Shown here: piece by piece, positions 13,735 through 27,400 of the stretch | Layout: each line of letters starts with the position of its first letter | Position numbering within the stretch: position 1 is the stretch's first letter | From: Octopus vulgaris | Taxonomy: Eukaryota | Direction of reading: 5' to 3' | DNA length: 64,000 nt | Assembly (NCBI GenBank): GCA_951406725.2 | Contig: OX597828.1 | Coordinates: 15,066,001-15,130,000 of the forward strand | Notes under the pieces: generated by a model | Told to the model about the DNA's origin: nothing | The model's database searches: none | The model's input: the letters and a program-made list of their open reading frames with translations, nothing else | Translations under genes and position numbers: made by a program

Positions 13735-13977
13735 GCACATATTTAGGCATGTTTCCTATTATCAACCGTTCAAGGAGAGGAGCTTTCTCCGTCCGGGTTG
13801 CGGATCCGTGGAACAAGCTGCCAGACGAGATGGTGAAGATGCCGACGACCGCTTTGTTCAAAGCCTCCCTGGACCTCAAGTGGCCTGAACTCTTTACATG
13901 AACACCACCCTGTACTTAACTCCATGTCCCCCTACATGGCCTTGCTATTTGCTTTTGAGCCAAATTAACTAACTAAC
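13735..13977 (+). mobile_element. CR1-clade LINE 3' end with (TAAC)n tail
   Basis: Translates RRGAFSVRVADPWNKLPDEMVKMPTTALFKASLD and ends taactaactaac. Confidence 0.75.
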
Positions 13978-13993
13978 ATATATATATATATAT

Positions 13994-14061
<68 letters not shown>

Positions 14062-14269
14062 TAATAAAGAGTTAGTAAATAAACTATTACACTCATGAGA
14101 CTGGTGTAACAGTATTTGGTCGATGGACTTTCGGAATAGCTACCACTACCTTATGGAGAAGGAAAACAGCAAGGAATTGGGTAATTGTTTTATAGTTTAT
14201 TTACTAATTCTTTTATACGTTCCTGTCCAAAGGCTGTGGCTATGCTGGAGCACCGCCAATGTAATTACT

Positions 14270-14455
14270 TTTTCAATGGCAATTCTTATGCGATTAACTT
14301 TTGGTGAAGGACGGAGTTCGACATTGCTGCCTTCTTTTGAGTTTCTTGCCGTGATATAAGGCCTTCTGGGAAACTTGGAAACCAGGAGGTCAAGTTGTTT
14401 CTTGAAAACATCTACCCCTACTACATGAAGATCCCTCAGATGTTTTGGCAATGGC
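14270..14455 (-). mobile_element. CR1-clade LINE 3' fragment
   Basis: LPKHLRDLHVVGVDVFKKQLDLLVSKFP matches the CR1 RT C-terminal pattern. Confidence 0.6.
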
Positions 14456-15392
14456 TGCCGATAATAGGGAAGTACCTATATTTATACCACTTAAAAGGTA
14501 CCACTACCACATGTAGCCAACAAAAACAACAATAGTAAACAAACAATTCATTAGGTGCCCTGCGTGGCACAATGCCACAAATATCGGGGAAGTGATGAAG
14601 TGGTTAAATCAACCCTACTTGAACCGGTACTTTAATTTGCCAACTCAGGAAGGATGAGGAAAAGTAAAGTCAACCTCAGGGAATTTCAACTCGAAACCAA
14701 AGTACCCTCTTATTTGTTGCTGTGAGTATGCGCAGAAATTTTCTTGTGTGCAAATTTTGTGTTCCCGTGCATGTGCGTATGTGCGCATCCAAGCTTATTA
14801 TCATCACTCAAATTTCTTCAATAAAAAAATCCGATTTCATCTAAAGATCGGATTTTACATCTTAGTTGTAAAAGGTGTGAACACAAACGGCCGTAACTAA
14901 ATAACCACAAGACATTCTGTTCGCTGCAATTCACCGTCCTGACAATGGAAATAATACAACTTATCCAAACCACGATACTGTATCCCCATTATATTAACCA
15001 CTACATGTCGATAAGTACAATACAGTCCTCAGCTGTCTGTGCTATGGCATATCTCGGACAACAGATCTGTTGATCACACCTCATAATCTGGTTGAGTACC
15101 AACGATGAGGGCTGACTTGCCTCACAATAACTGGTAGTACGATACGCAACCAAAAAAAAAAATAATAAAATAAATAAATAAATAAATGTGAAATTCCTTT
15201 CTAACCTCACCTTACCATAAAAGAATTGCAACTAGAAAGAAATGTTGCGAATATAAATCGGATTTGTATTGCTCAAGAGACAAGGACAAAAATTAAGATC
15301 TTGGCAATGACGTAATTTGAGTGTATACCACTCGGGGTAACCTGTGAATTTGCCACCCTAATGTCCCCCACTCCTATACAAGCTTTTATACA

Positions 15393-15590
15393 GTGGAGAC
15401 GCAATGGCCCAGTGGTTAGGGCAGCGGAATCGCGGTCGTAAGAACACGGTTTCGATTCCCAAACCGGGCATTGTGAGTGTTTATTGAGCAAAAACACATA
15501 AGTTCCACGAAGCTCCGGCGGGGGTGGTGGTAAACCCCGCTGTACTCTTTCACCACAACTTCCCCTCACTCTTTCTTCATACTTCTGCCA
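15393..15590 (+). mobile_element. tRNA-derived SINE, second family (copies also at 38094-38400 and 62921-63215)
   Basis: A box TGGCCCAGTGG and B box GGTTTCGATTCC. The body is shared with the 38094 and 62921 copies. Confidence 0.8.
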
Positions 15591-17109
15591 CAAAGCAGAG
15601 GAACCATGTTGTACCCACTAGGGTGTGGTAAACTTTCAGACACTAGTCTAGATTGCGAATCCTCTGTACCCCAGGATGGTTCAGCTCTCCACCCGTTAAA
15701 AGCAACCGTTTACGGAATGAGGATAACAACGTAGCTTTCGCGCCCGTGCAACCGCCAGTCTATCGCGTGTGGTGGGTGGATCTTCAAGTTGCCACACGCA
15801 TTCTTAGTAGCTTAGAGTAGGCTCGAATTAGAGATTATTCTTTGTGGCTAATGGCGTGAGTCCTGGTTGGAAAAAGAAGAAACTTTTATACAGCAGACTC
15901 AAAAGTGTCCCCCCATAAAAGCGCCACCCAGGGTGAACCGTCCTCTCCAGCTGGACCGTAGTAACAATTATTAATCCTAACTTATCACTTATATTGTACA
16001 TCCGTTCTTTTTCCTGTTGAGGACCAGTATTAACCACAATACCCATTTCTTTTATAACCCATATATCAAACCACTGAAATTTCATTTTCGTTCATATTTT
16101 TCCTAACTTCAACTGTATCAATCTTAAAAGTTTTGAAGTGGAACCTGTGAAGTTTATGCGCGTAAACTCTTCCTCTTAAAAATTAGTATTTTGTAGTAGT
16201 TTTAAAAACAGTAAAAATTCCATTGCCCTCTTAATCATCTTAAAAGAAAATCGTCTATGTTCCCCACACAAAAACAAAATTTCAACTACTAAAACACAAA
16301 GCGCGGTTTTAGAAAGCTCACCAGGAGATGTTCAAATACGAACATCTTTGTTTTTCATCCTTCTGGTGTCGATAAAATGAAGTACCAGTCAAGTACTGGA
16401 GTCTATATAATCGACTAAACCCCTCCCCTCAAAACTGTTGACCCTGTACCTAGATCAGAAACAATTATTATGCAACAATATAGCAGTAATAATGAAGGAG
16501 GTGAAGGTGATAAAGAAGATTTATTAAATTATCTTTCCCCGGGGAAACAGTGAGAGATTGTTACTAATGATAAAATTAATTACGCTCCGGGAGTACATTC
16601 CGCAGAGATCGATATTTGACCCTCATCCTTGTAGGGTCGATAAAATCAGGCGTCTGTCATAACCTGAAGTCAATTCAATTATCTACACACATACAGAGAA
16701 ACTAGCACTACATACGCATGTTCAATAATATATGTAATTCAGGTAGTCGTATGATGGAAAGAAAGTATTAGAAATCAAGTTAGAAAAGAAAGAAGCTTTT
16801 AATAAAACAAAAACTATTTAATGTCACGAAACGACTGCAGAAATCCTTGAAGTTTTAATTACATTTGAAAGTTCCTCCAGGTGTTGTTTAATCCCGGGTC
16901 AATTGTGATTGAGCAAATAGATCTGTGCTGATCAAAGGAATTCTAGCCATTGCAACACCATCTTTCTCTCACACATTGTATATCTAGAACTACTTTATCC
17001 AGTGTCTCCTCCCGCCTTTTGCGGGACGGTAGGAGGTTATAAAAGATTTCACAGCTATTTCTAGCAGGTCCGGCTTCGTTTAAGTGGTCTACAGTTTCGA
17101 GTAGTTAGC

Positions 17110-17350
17110 CATACGAACGACAAATTCGTGATCTGTACAATCAATTTAAACAAGAACAATGGTCAAGGACACGGTTATTGGAATCTGAACGGGTCTTCCT
17201 CAGCACGGAAATATTTCAGGGACCAAATCAGCGAACTGGGTAAGCAGGAATTGATGGAGACCATCATCAACTATAAACGATTGGTCTCACTAAAGAGGAA
17301 AATTAAAGCAGCATCAGTTAGCTGTGGTAAAGAAGTGGCGATAGAGAAGA
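17110..17350 (+). mobile_element. L1/Tx1 ORF2 fragment
   Basis: GHGYWNLNGSS...YFRDQI resembles the G-Y-W-K-L-N motif following the APE domain in L1/Tx1. Confidence 0.55.
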
Positions 17351-18270
17351 GTAGCTGTAAACAACGTGCTAGCGGCGAATATGGTCCTTGACCATGTGAA
17401 ACGCGAAATTTGTGTGGTGTGTGCCACAGAGGGTGCGTTGAAACACGAGTACAAAAGCTGTTTGGTAGGTCCCGGTGGTAGAGGCGCGGCACAACATAAG
17501 TAGCGTGTCTAGAGTGTACCGCCCAGGACAATCCTTGAGTTTGCCGCTCATCCCCGGACCCCCAAGCTGATACAGGCTTATACAGCAGACTTAAAAGTGC
17601 CGCCCCTATAAAAGCGTCACCTGGTGTAACCCCCACCCACCCACTCCTTAGATATGCAACTGCACAACATGGTAACTAAGTCACATTTAGATCTCTAGCG
17701 GAACGCAACAAGTGCGTTATCCAACTCCCAGTAAAAGCGAGCAGTTTTCCAGCAGTGAGAAATGCCAGACTGGAGACGGCGAACTTTGACAGTATGCCTC
17801 AACTTTCTATCAAGGACGCAGAGTATTGCAAAAAGCAGATTTCAGTAGAAAAGTTGAGCTGCAAATACTGTGGAAAGAGTAAATAGCCAAGACTGGATAG
17901 CCTACCTTAATTACTACATGCTAGATGTTCGCTACGATCTTTGCTGTCTATTACAGCTGGCAGAAGAATGGAAGCAAGCGCATTGTGTGTGCTGGGAGTG
18001 GTGACGTTGCTGTGAAAGGAACGAAGATTAGAGTAATGGTGGTGTTGCCTACGAAGGTTAGACTTGCGAAGTGGTTAGGAAGTTCGCTTTCGAATCACGA
18101 GTTCCTAGGTTCTATACCAGTACCTGGAATCTTAGACAACTGTCTTTTCCCAAAACTCATGTCGACGCAAGCCTTGTAAGTTAAACTGGGTGGACAAAAC
18201 TGTGTGGAAGCGCATCCGATGGATTTTAGGATTGCACCCGCAATTTAAAGGAACGACTTTTATACGTTTC

Positions 18271-18312
<42 letters not shown>

Positions 18313-18329
18313 GATTTTATCCCAAGCAA

Positions 18330-18860
18330 TGCTTGAGACAACTAGCGCAAGAGGCTACAAAGACGAAAAAAATTAGGACCTGCAAATTCAAAAGATGTCG
18401 AATGATAGAAAGCTTAAAGAATTGAATATCAAAGTCCAGAGGAAAACAAGGTGATAGTAGTGAGTTCCAGAGAGTAGCAGTTTGAGGAAAGAAGCTATTA
18501 TAATAAATGAAGTTATGACTATCAAGAAGCTCAACGGAGAAATGATACACCTAAGAAGAGGAGCGGGTGACACGTTTAAAAAGTCTTGATAGATGGCGCT
18601 AGACCAAAAAGTTCAAAACAATAACCATAAAATAGAAAAGACACAACACATAAAATTTCGACGATGGGTCAAAGACTTCAGCCCAGCAGAAAAAAAAAGA
18701 GGATCCACCGTGTAAAAAACTCAATTCTGAATTCAATCAAGCAAGTTAAAACTCTCAGACGAGGCACCAGCCCAAAGATGACCGCAATACTTAATGTAAG
18801 ATCGAATAGTGGCCTTATAACGATACAAGATTCTCAGGCGTTAAAAATCTGTCTCTAGTG
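18330..18860 (-). mobile_element. CR1 (Zenon-like) LINE 3' fragment
   Basis: KATIRSYIKYCGHLWAGASSESFNLLD*IQN and NSFFPQTATLWNSL...FK are CR1 thumb/C-terminal motifs. Confidence 0.7.
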
Positions 18861-19407
18861 TTAACGTTAAAATAAATGCCTCTGTGGAATTCTCAACACT
18901 TACACTAGAATTCAATTAGCAGGTGGCTCAATAGACTGGACAAATGAAGTACTTATCACCAAAACCAACGGAGGACCCATTTATCTATTGTTGCCAGTTC
19001 CAGTTCTAATCTGATCTAGTAGACAACATTCTAATCATAGCCATTCCACCGTCCCTCTTTCAGACAGTGTATCTAAGACTGCAATATCCAATTTGCCTTT
19101 TCCTTTCTTAATCTAAGAGTATGCTTTGAGAGGTTTGACTGTTGTTCCAAGCAGTTCGAATGACCGTGCCGAGGCTCTTCCGTGTTCGGTTGAAATATGG
19201 CAAAAATGCACGTGATAGATGTCAATAATCTCAACTAAACTCCTTGTTAGATACTTTGAACTCAAAGTGTGAACCAGGTACACTTTCGTTTTAAAAATGC
19301 AACCAAGTTTTCAGTAATGCGAACCATCAAATTAAATATTGAACGACATTTAGTTTCCTGATTAGATGGATAGTAGGCATCTAAACCGGCCCCACTGAAT
19401 GAAGAGG

Positions 19408-19553
19408 CAGTAGTGTAGTGGGGAATGGGCGGGGCGGTCCGTTCCGGGCGACGCTTTTATGGGAGAGACACTTTTAGGATTCCTGTACAAGCTTGTATAG
19501 GCTTACACAGCAAAATGATGTAGCAGGTTGCACACATTCCAGCTACGCCACTG
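19408..19553. mobile_element. hAT-type MITE with 8-bp TSD
   Basis: Imperfect TIRs cagtagtgtagt / gctacgccactg. Identical TGAAGAGG on both sides (19400-19407, 19554-19561). Confidence 0.85.
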
Positions 19554-21427
19554 TGAAGAGGGTGTGTAGACTGGATTGAAAATAAAACCCATTAACGATC
19601 AGAAAAGGTTCTCCCACAGAAGGCAACAGCCAAGTATACCTGGAGAGGATACATACACCACCAAGTTATTTCCTCTTGAAATACACATTACTGTGCACCT
19701 ATGATATCCTTAGGTTATAAAATTTGGATTTAGAATCATATCTTTACGTTTTGATCCCAAATCTAACCAATTCTTTCACACCCACTCCACTCTAGGGTCG
19801 TTAGGATAAATATCAGCAATATACTGTGAGTTAATTCAACACCTATGCATAAAAAAATTAAAATAATCGAAAGATACCAATATTCAGGTTAACTATGATG
19901 AAGATAAGAAAAAACATCAAACTAGATGTTACACTGACCTTTGAACTAGCTAACTAAATTCAAATCTTATTGGATTGGACCTTACCTTCCATCTATTAAA
20001 GGAATCGATGAAACAAATACTGGTAAGATACTTGGGATCGATTCCAGTATAAATGACTCCTAAGTCCCGAAGGAATTTCAAAGGTTGATGCTTACTTCCA
20101 GTTTCCTGGAGTTCAGCAGATAAATATGTGAAACTTTCCAACCTAAATAGAAAATAATCCATCAGTCTACAATCACAATAAACGTTCTCGTATGATTATA
20201 TATATATATATATATATGCAAGCATGCATGGCATGTATGTATTCTCGACATCTTGGTTAATTTGCACCAGTCACGGACAAACTGCAGCTAGTGGAACTTT
20301 CTGAATGGTATGCTTAATAAAAAATTACCTTGAATATTTTTTAGTAGTGCGGCCTGCTTGATATGGAATCAAGTCTCACGCGGCCCGCTTCTTGAACAAT
20401 GTTGCCGATGCCTGATTTAGACAATGCAAAATAAAGTGCTAACAAACTACAAAACAACTAAATGCCATCAGACGATTTGATCTCGCGATGTCATAAAACG
20501 TAGATGTCTCCGATACCTAATCCACTCAAGCATTTCAACACTCTCAAAGTATCGATTTCTTTAAACTGATCACAAGGTCAATGTTCGGCAAAAATAGATC
20601 GATACAAAAATAAATCAATACTCTGGCCATACTTTGCTAACAAAAGGTGGGAGTAATCGTGTATTTTCGCACAATAGTTACAAAACGTGATAAATAGTAG
20701 AAGTTACAGTGGTAGTTGTTGCTCAGTCTCATTTCAGTCCTGATTGAGCATTATAACCGTGACCATCACATCTTTTTGTTGTTGTTGTTGTTGGTTTTTT
20801 TCTCTACTCAGATTTTGGATAATCTAGTCTTAAATGTACTATATTATCTAACATGTCCATCTTTCTTTAAAAGCGTAGAGAATGATTTTAAGGAGTTGGT
20901 TTTTTCCCCCCTCTTTCTACACGAAAAGATGTTCACGTCAAACAAGAATAGGAACCGCCGCCGAGTCTGTAGAAGAAATTTCATCTGCATTTAGATATGA
21001 AACAACTCTGGCGAAGTCTGAAAATACACTGAAAAAAAAGTAACTGTTCACGCTTTATACCCAAAACATTAATTTAACAAATTAATTACCTACGGATTTG
21101 TAAAATTAAAGGTTATTTCTCTCGGTACAGATGTACTCCTCAAACAGGTTCTTATACGCTACTAGAAAAAGCAACCAAGTTTCCCTCAAATCATACTATA
21201 ATGTCATAAAATCGGAAGGACACCTTGGATAATATAGTCCTAGATAAATTATCCTAATAGTCCAAGCATAAATATGCAATCATACATTTCGATTTTTTTT
21301 TTTTTTATACTTAAACTGTCCTTATAACACGCAGAGCTGTACAACTGATACGAGATTAGATTATCTACTATAATGCATTGTATTAATTTTTAATGTCATT
21401 TTATATGAAATAAATACTATAAACTAT

Positions 21428-22370
21428 AGGCGTAGGAGTGATTGTGTGGTAAGCCGGCGAGCTGGCAGAATCGTTAGCACGCCGGGCGAAATGCGTAGCC
21501 GTATTTTGTCTGCCGTTACGTTCTGAGTTCAAATTCCGCCGAGGTCGACTTTGCCTTTCATCCTTTCGGGGTCGATAAAATAAGTACCAGCTACGCACTG
21601 GAGTCGATGTAATCGACTTAATCCGTTTGTCTGTCCTTGTTTGTCCTCTCTGTGTTTAGCCCCATGTGGGTAGTAAAGCTGGCTTACGAACCACATAGTT
21701 CCGGGTTCAGTCCCACTGCGTGGAACCTTGGGTAAGTGTCTTCTACTATAGCCTCGGGCCGACCAAAGCCTTGTGAGTGGATTCGATAGACGGAAACTGA
21801 AAGAAGCCCGTCGTATGTATATGTCTGTGTGTGTGTGTGTATGTGTGTGTGTTTGTCCCCCAACGTCGCTTGACAACCGATAGAATAAGTACTAGGCTTA
21901 CAAAGAATAAGTCCTGGGGTCGATTTGCTCGACTAAAGACGATGCTCCAGCATGGCCACAGTCAAATGACTGAAAAGAGTAAGAGAGTATATAACAAAAC
22001 AACAAACAATAATAAAGCCAAATTACTTTATAGGTGCAGGCACGGCAGTGTAGTAAGAAGCTTCTTACCACAAGAATGCTTCCCAAAAACATGATTCCGG
22101 GACAAGTGTCTTCTACTATAAACTGAAAGAAGCCCGTCATGTGTGTGTGTGTGTGTGTGTGCGTGTGCGTCACCACCGCTTGACGACGGTGTTGGTGTGT
22201 TTACGCCCCCGTAACTTAGCGGTTCGGCGAAGTGACCGATAAACTAAGTACCAGGCTTTAAAAAAAGAAATGAGTACTGGGGTCGATTCATTCGACTAAA
22301 AATTCTTCAAGATGGTGCTCCAACATGGCCGCAGTCTAATGACTAAAACGAGTAAAAGATAAAAAGATAC
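21428..22370 (+). mobile_element. Cluster of tRNA-derived SINEs including a nested Nin-like SINE (about 21454-21678)
   Basis: Host head taggcgtaggagtgattgtgtggtaag is interrupted by ggcgagctggcagaatcg...tttagcccc and then resumes. A second copy spans 22030-22370. Confidence 0.8.
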
Positions 22371-22437
22371 AGTTTTTTTGTCTTGTTTTTTAAAAAGTAG
22401 TTGGAGAAAATTTTGCAGCCAAATATCATGAATTATA

Positions 22438-22689
22438 CAGGGTGGCCCAAAAGTAGGTTTACAGTTATCACGTAGGCACCTTAAATTTCTTTAAAACATT
22501 TTATTACATTTATTCATTTATTACATTTCTATCTTACAAAATGAAAAGGGAGCTTGACAAAATTAACTAAATTAGCATAGAATAATGGTTTCACATTTTT
22601 TTATTTTTTTTATTAAGATCTAAACTGCTAATATATGAATGCGAAAGAGATAGTTGAATAACTGTAAACCTACTTTTGGGCCACCCTAT
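22438..22689. mobile_element. Tc1/mariner-type MITE
   Basis: TIR cagggtggcccaaaagtaggtttacagtt / aactgtaaacctacttttgggccaccct with TA flanks. An inverted copy lies at 46101-46320. Confidence 0.85.
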
Positions 22690-22692
22690 ATA

Positions 22693-22890
22693 CTTTTACT
22701 CTAGGCACAAGGCCCGAAATTTTGGGGGAGGGGAGGGGGCCAGTCGATTAGATCAACTCCAGTATGCAACTGGTACTTAATTTATCGACCCCGAAAGGAT
22801 GAAAGGCAAAATCGACCTCGGTGGAATTTGAACTTAGAACGTAAAGACAAACGCCCGACGTACTAACATTTCTGCCAGCTCGCCGCCTTT
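22693..22890 (-). mobile_element. Nin-like SINE with TSD
   Basis: Core tttatcgaccccgaaaggatgaaagg, flanked by duplicated gccaccctatata. Confidence 0.75.
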
Positions 22891-22895
22891 GAGCC

Positions 22896-22960
<65 letters not shown>

Positions 22961-23234
22961 CTAAACACAGAGGGGACAAACAAGGACAGACAAACGGATT
23001 ATATATATATATATATATATATACCTCGGCGGAATTTGAACTTGAACGTAACACAGACGAAATACCGCTAAACCGTTGACGTTTTGGCTTTTTTTTAAAT
23101 CAAAAAGCAATTTACACATTGAATTTTATGGTATATCTGAAAGTAAAAACTAAAACGACCACAGCTGATACTTTTAATCTTCGGTCTTCGTGATCAAGAC
23201 GGCCTGGGGCTAAACAACAAGAATACATTTTTTA

Positions 23235-24272
23235 TCTTTTAGTTGTTTCAGTCATTGGCCTGCGTACATGCTGGAGCACTGCCTTGAAGTGTTTAGTTGA
23301 ATAAATCGACCCCAGGACTTATCTTTAAAATCTGGTTCTTATTCTATCAGGTTCTTTTTCGGAAGTCACTAAGTTACGGGGACGTAAACAAGCCTTCACC
23401 GATTATCAAACAGTGGTGGTGGGGACAAATACACACAAATTATACACACACATACGGCGGGGTTTCACACTGTATCACATGCACTCACAAAGCACTGGTC
23501 GGCTCGTGGCTATAACAGAAGATACTTGCCTAAGGTGCCTTGTGGTGGGACTGAACCTGAAACCATGTGATTGCGAAGCGAGATTCTTAACAACATAGCC
23601 ATAAACCAAACAAAGTTCATTTTAATGGATCGAATTTCTAAATATCTGAGATGAATTCCCAGTGCACATAAATGTACAGAAAAAAAATGTATTGTTATTT
23701 GTATGAAAATCATTCTGTTTGTTCTCTTCTTGAGAAATGTCTTTAAATGTCTTTATTCTTCCTCTGTATTCGGCAGTACTCTGACACACCATTATGCATA
23801 TTAACCACGTTGAGTTATTGTCGATAAGATTACAATTAATTATATTAGTTGTTGTTAATAAGCTTATTAGTTTTCGGACTATTAACCTCATCTTTCGAGA
23901 TGAGGTTAATAGACTGTGAAATAATAATCTCATTAACTTCAAGTTAGTTGCTTCTTGATGTTCTATCAACATTTACCTTCATCAATAATTTCTTTTCTAC
24001 CTGTGCCAATGAAGAAGCATCTATGTGGTTGCTCGATTTACTAGAAACAGCAACCAAACTTTTTATTCAGCTCAGAGCTGCGGCCATGCTGATGCACCGC
24101 CGTTTATTTGACGGTGTTTCTTTCAGTTTCCGTCTACCAAATCCACTCACAAGGCTTTGGTCGGCCCGAGGCTATAGTAGAAGACACTTGCCCAAGATGC
24201 CATGCAGTGGGACTGAACCCGAAACCATGTGGTTAGTAAGCAAGCTACTTACCACACAGCCACTCCTGCGCC
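23235..24272 (-). mobile_element. Two tRNA-derived SINE copies (23235-23600, 24065-24272)
   Basis: Reverse-complement matches to the SINE family at 1362. Confidence 0.7.
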
Positions 24273-25398
24273 TTATTACTTCTACAATCTTTAGAAAGTG
24301 AAGGATACAGATAACGTGACCCTAAATACACTATATCAGAATAAAAAAGATGGGATGGTCATGGCTGAGATGTCTTTTGATCATATGTTTACTCGATCAG
24401 GGCTGTCTTGAGTTTTAACAACAGGTTCCTTTCTGTTCGTCTTATAATGCCATCAAGATTATCTAGAATATTTTATCAGAATATTAAATTTATCCTGGTA
24501 CTTGTACTCTAGTTGACCTCGGAAGGATGAAAAGCAAAGTTGACCACGGTGTGCTTAGAGATCAGAATGTAAAAAACCGAAGCCAAATACCGCGGTAATT
24601 TTGTCGAAAGATAGAAAGATTCTAACAAGCCACTAGCTGAGCTACAAAAGAGGAATCAGAAGGGGTCCATAGGTAAAAAATGGTTGAGAACCACTGATCT
24701 ACATAGTCGATCGCGACCGACCGAATGTACCAACCAAATTATCTCTCCTAAATCCCGCTATCGTCTTAGAAATGCCTCTTAGAATAGTATGTTCCCCAAT
24801 AAAGATCAGATAGCAGTGGCTTGGAACTTTAACAGGATAGTTATTTGATCGATTTGCCATCGTACTATGAGGGGTACCTAATAACAACTTTCTTGCTAGA
24901 AAATAGTGATAAATATTTACTATTACATTCGTCACTTTATGTTTTTTCTATGATTTTTGATGTGCTTTGAACGAATTTGATCATCAAAGCCGTCAGATTT
25001 CACTTGTTCTTTACGCAAACCCTTCCCTGCAGATGGGACGAGTGGAATAATAAAAATTTTATTTTTTATTGGCCTCTAAGGGCTACATATAGAGAGACAA
25101 TACAGGACAGACAAGATGAGGTCGTAAGTAGGTACGGTAACAAAGAGAAAAGAATGAATGTATTAACAAAATGATCGTGAAAAAAAAGTTTAAAATTAAA
25201 ATAATACAACGAAATGAGAATAACAAAAGTGAATAACAATATATAATGTAGGATGTGGAGACCCCACAAGCCACGCTCTACAATGTTCTCACAAAGGAGA
25301 CTAAGGGGTTTGTGCTCAAGTTAGACACACCCATACGTAACAGGCACGCCACTTGCATTCATCTAGTCACAAATATCAAATATGCGCGGCTGCAGCAA

Positions 25399-25467
<69 letters not shown>

Positions 25468-25559
25468 GCCCTTAGTTTCCTTTTTATAAGGTAGATGTAA
25501 CTGTGCTCCTTCCAGACGTGACAGTAGGTGTTAGACATAAACCCATAGATCTGAAATTA

Positions 25560-27065
25560 ATGGACACTGTACGATTGCGTGCAGAACGGTTTAATCGCTC
25601 TACTCGCATCTCGGGCATGTCCGTGTGACTTACTTTTGTGCCTGAAGAGTTTATCTCGAACAGGCAGTGCCCTTCGGTAGCACTGTCAGGTCAGGAATTT
25701 CTGGTAGTTATTCATGGGCCCAGGCCCGAAAATCCTCCGGAACAGACTAGCAAGTTGACCGTCATCGAAGCCCAGGGTTTCCCCAGCATGTCATCGCACT
25801 TACCGGCCACTAATTCTCTATAGAAGGATGAGGTGGCACCCTCCTTGCTCACGTTTCCCGTTCGGCAGAGAAGCGTGAGAGCGTGACGATACTGCTTGAC
25901 AAGCACCGAACCTAGGTCTGCGCTTGATCCATGAGTTCAGCTCGCTAAAAGCGGCGAACTGTGGGAAGATGAATTTGACGAAGGGAGACCACACCTGCTC
26001 ACTATCTAGGTAGAGCTGGTGGTACCTCAGCCTTAGCACAGGTCTATGCATTTTTAGCCAAGGCATGACCAGCCCTCCATTAAGCGGCAGTTGACAGCAG
26101 ATAGAGCCTCTGACCAGTAGACCTCGTCCCTTCCACAGGAAGTGGAAGAATAAGCGCTCCAACTTGACCAGACACAAATCCGGCACGGCACGACGATCAG
26201 GCAATAAATGATGACGGATGCGATTTACGCATTCGCCACCCACGCCCGCCCTTTCAGGGATAGCTTCCTCTCAGCCCATTTCTGGGTAAGATTGGTCACC
26301 CTACTTGTTACTTCTCTACCAGGAGGTCTGGCTCGAACCAGACCCAAAGCAATTTCACTGGGCCGTCCGTCCACCGTCCCACGACGTTGTTGGGCGGCAT
26401 CGACCTGCCTCTCCAGGTACTGAGTTGCAGGCTGACCGACTTTTCACGGCTTATTTTTGCTATCGTCATCACTTTGCACTCTCCTATGGCAGCACCTATA
26501 AGTTGTAGATATTTGTAACAGGATACGATGACGGTGATGTCGTCCACTACACTGATACTGTCCTCCTGCACCCTAGATCACGCGGGGTGCTTCTCAAAGC
26601 CTCCTTTTTTCTGCAGTGATGGCTCATGGGCCAGAACGTACAAGAGGGAGGAGAGAGGACAACTCAGATAGAAGACCGTTCGCTCGAACTATCGACTGAA
26701 TGTTGCTGTATAAAGCTGTGATCCAACAGCGGAAGGTTGGATCAAATCTGGCCGCCTCGAGAACTGCCGCCAAATACCAATGGTCCACCCCATAAAACAC
26801 TTTTAGTTGATCTAAATGGATCAGTGCCCCTACCATACCAGGATTGTTTACCACCCTATCTATGATGTAGTGCATGAGATGGAGATTCTCGTGGATCGTT
26901 CTGTTTGGGATGGCACAAGTTTGCAACTCCCCAACCATTTTACCGACGACAAGCGCCAACCTCTTAAACACCTTGGCCAAAATCTTCAACTCTGCATTGA
27001 GCAGAGTGATGAGCCTAAAATTATCAATTACATCCCTCTTGTTTGGGTCTTCCCTTAGCAGAACC
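25560..27065 (-). mobile_element. Decayed L1/Tx1 LINE reverse transcriptase
   Basis: NFRLITLLNAELKILAKV, QTCAIPNRTIHENL, ALIHLDQLKVFYGVDH, SVVDDITV (YADD-like) and FFHFLWKG...GGLVMP, split across frames. Confidence 0.85.
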
Positions 27066-27088
27066 ACTGGAAACTACACAATCCTTGT

Positions 27089-27400
27089 TGTAGTGAAAAT
27101 GGTACACTCCTTCCCACGTGACAGTGGTGTGAACCAGTCACTATAAAGTCAGACAGTCAGTCGTTGTAGGAGATCAATAGTGGTAGAGTCATTGTAGGAG
27201 GTCAATAGTGGTAGAGTCATTGTACGAGTTCTCAGTTGGAGTCAGTGTCAGTTCCGCGATGTATACGAGTTCGAGTTACCGTCAATGTAAACCTTACAAA
27301 GTTGTCTTGCGGAGCTATCAGCGATAGCATGATAGACTAGTCAGAGATAATAAGAGGCGAAATACCGCCACATCATAATAGTGGCGACAAGAATATTACA
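27089..27400 (+). mobile_element. Possible solo LTR
   Basis: TGTAG...TTACA ends, TATAAA at about 27142 and an internal short tandem duplication (cattgtaggaggtcaatagtggtagagt-like). No TSD found. Confidence 0.35.

Noticed and set aside
15393-15470. tRNA-like A/B boxes (also 38094, 62921, 29440)
   Set aside because: They continue into shared multi-copy SINE bodies, so they are SINE heads rather than tRNA genes.
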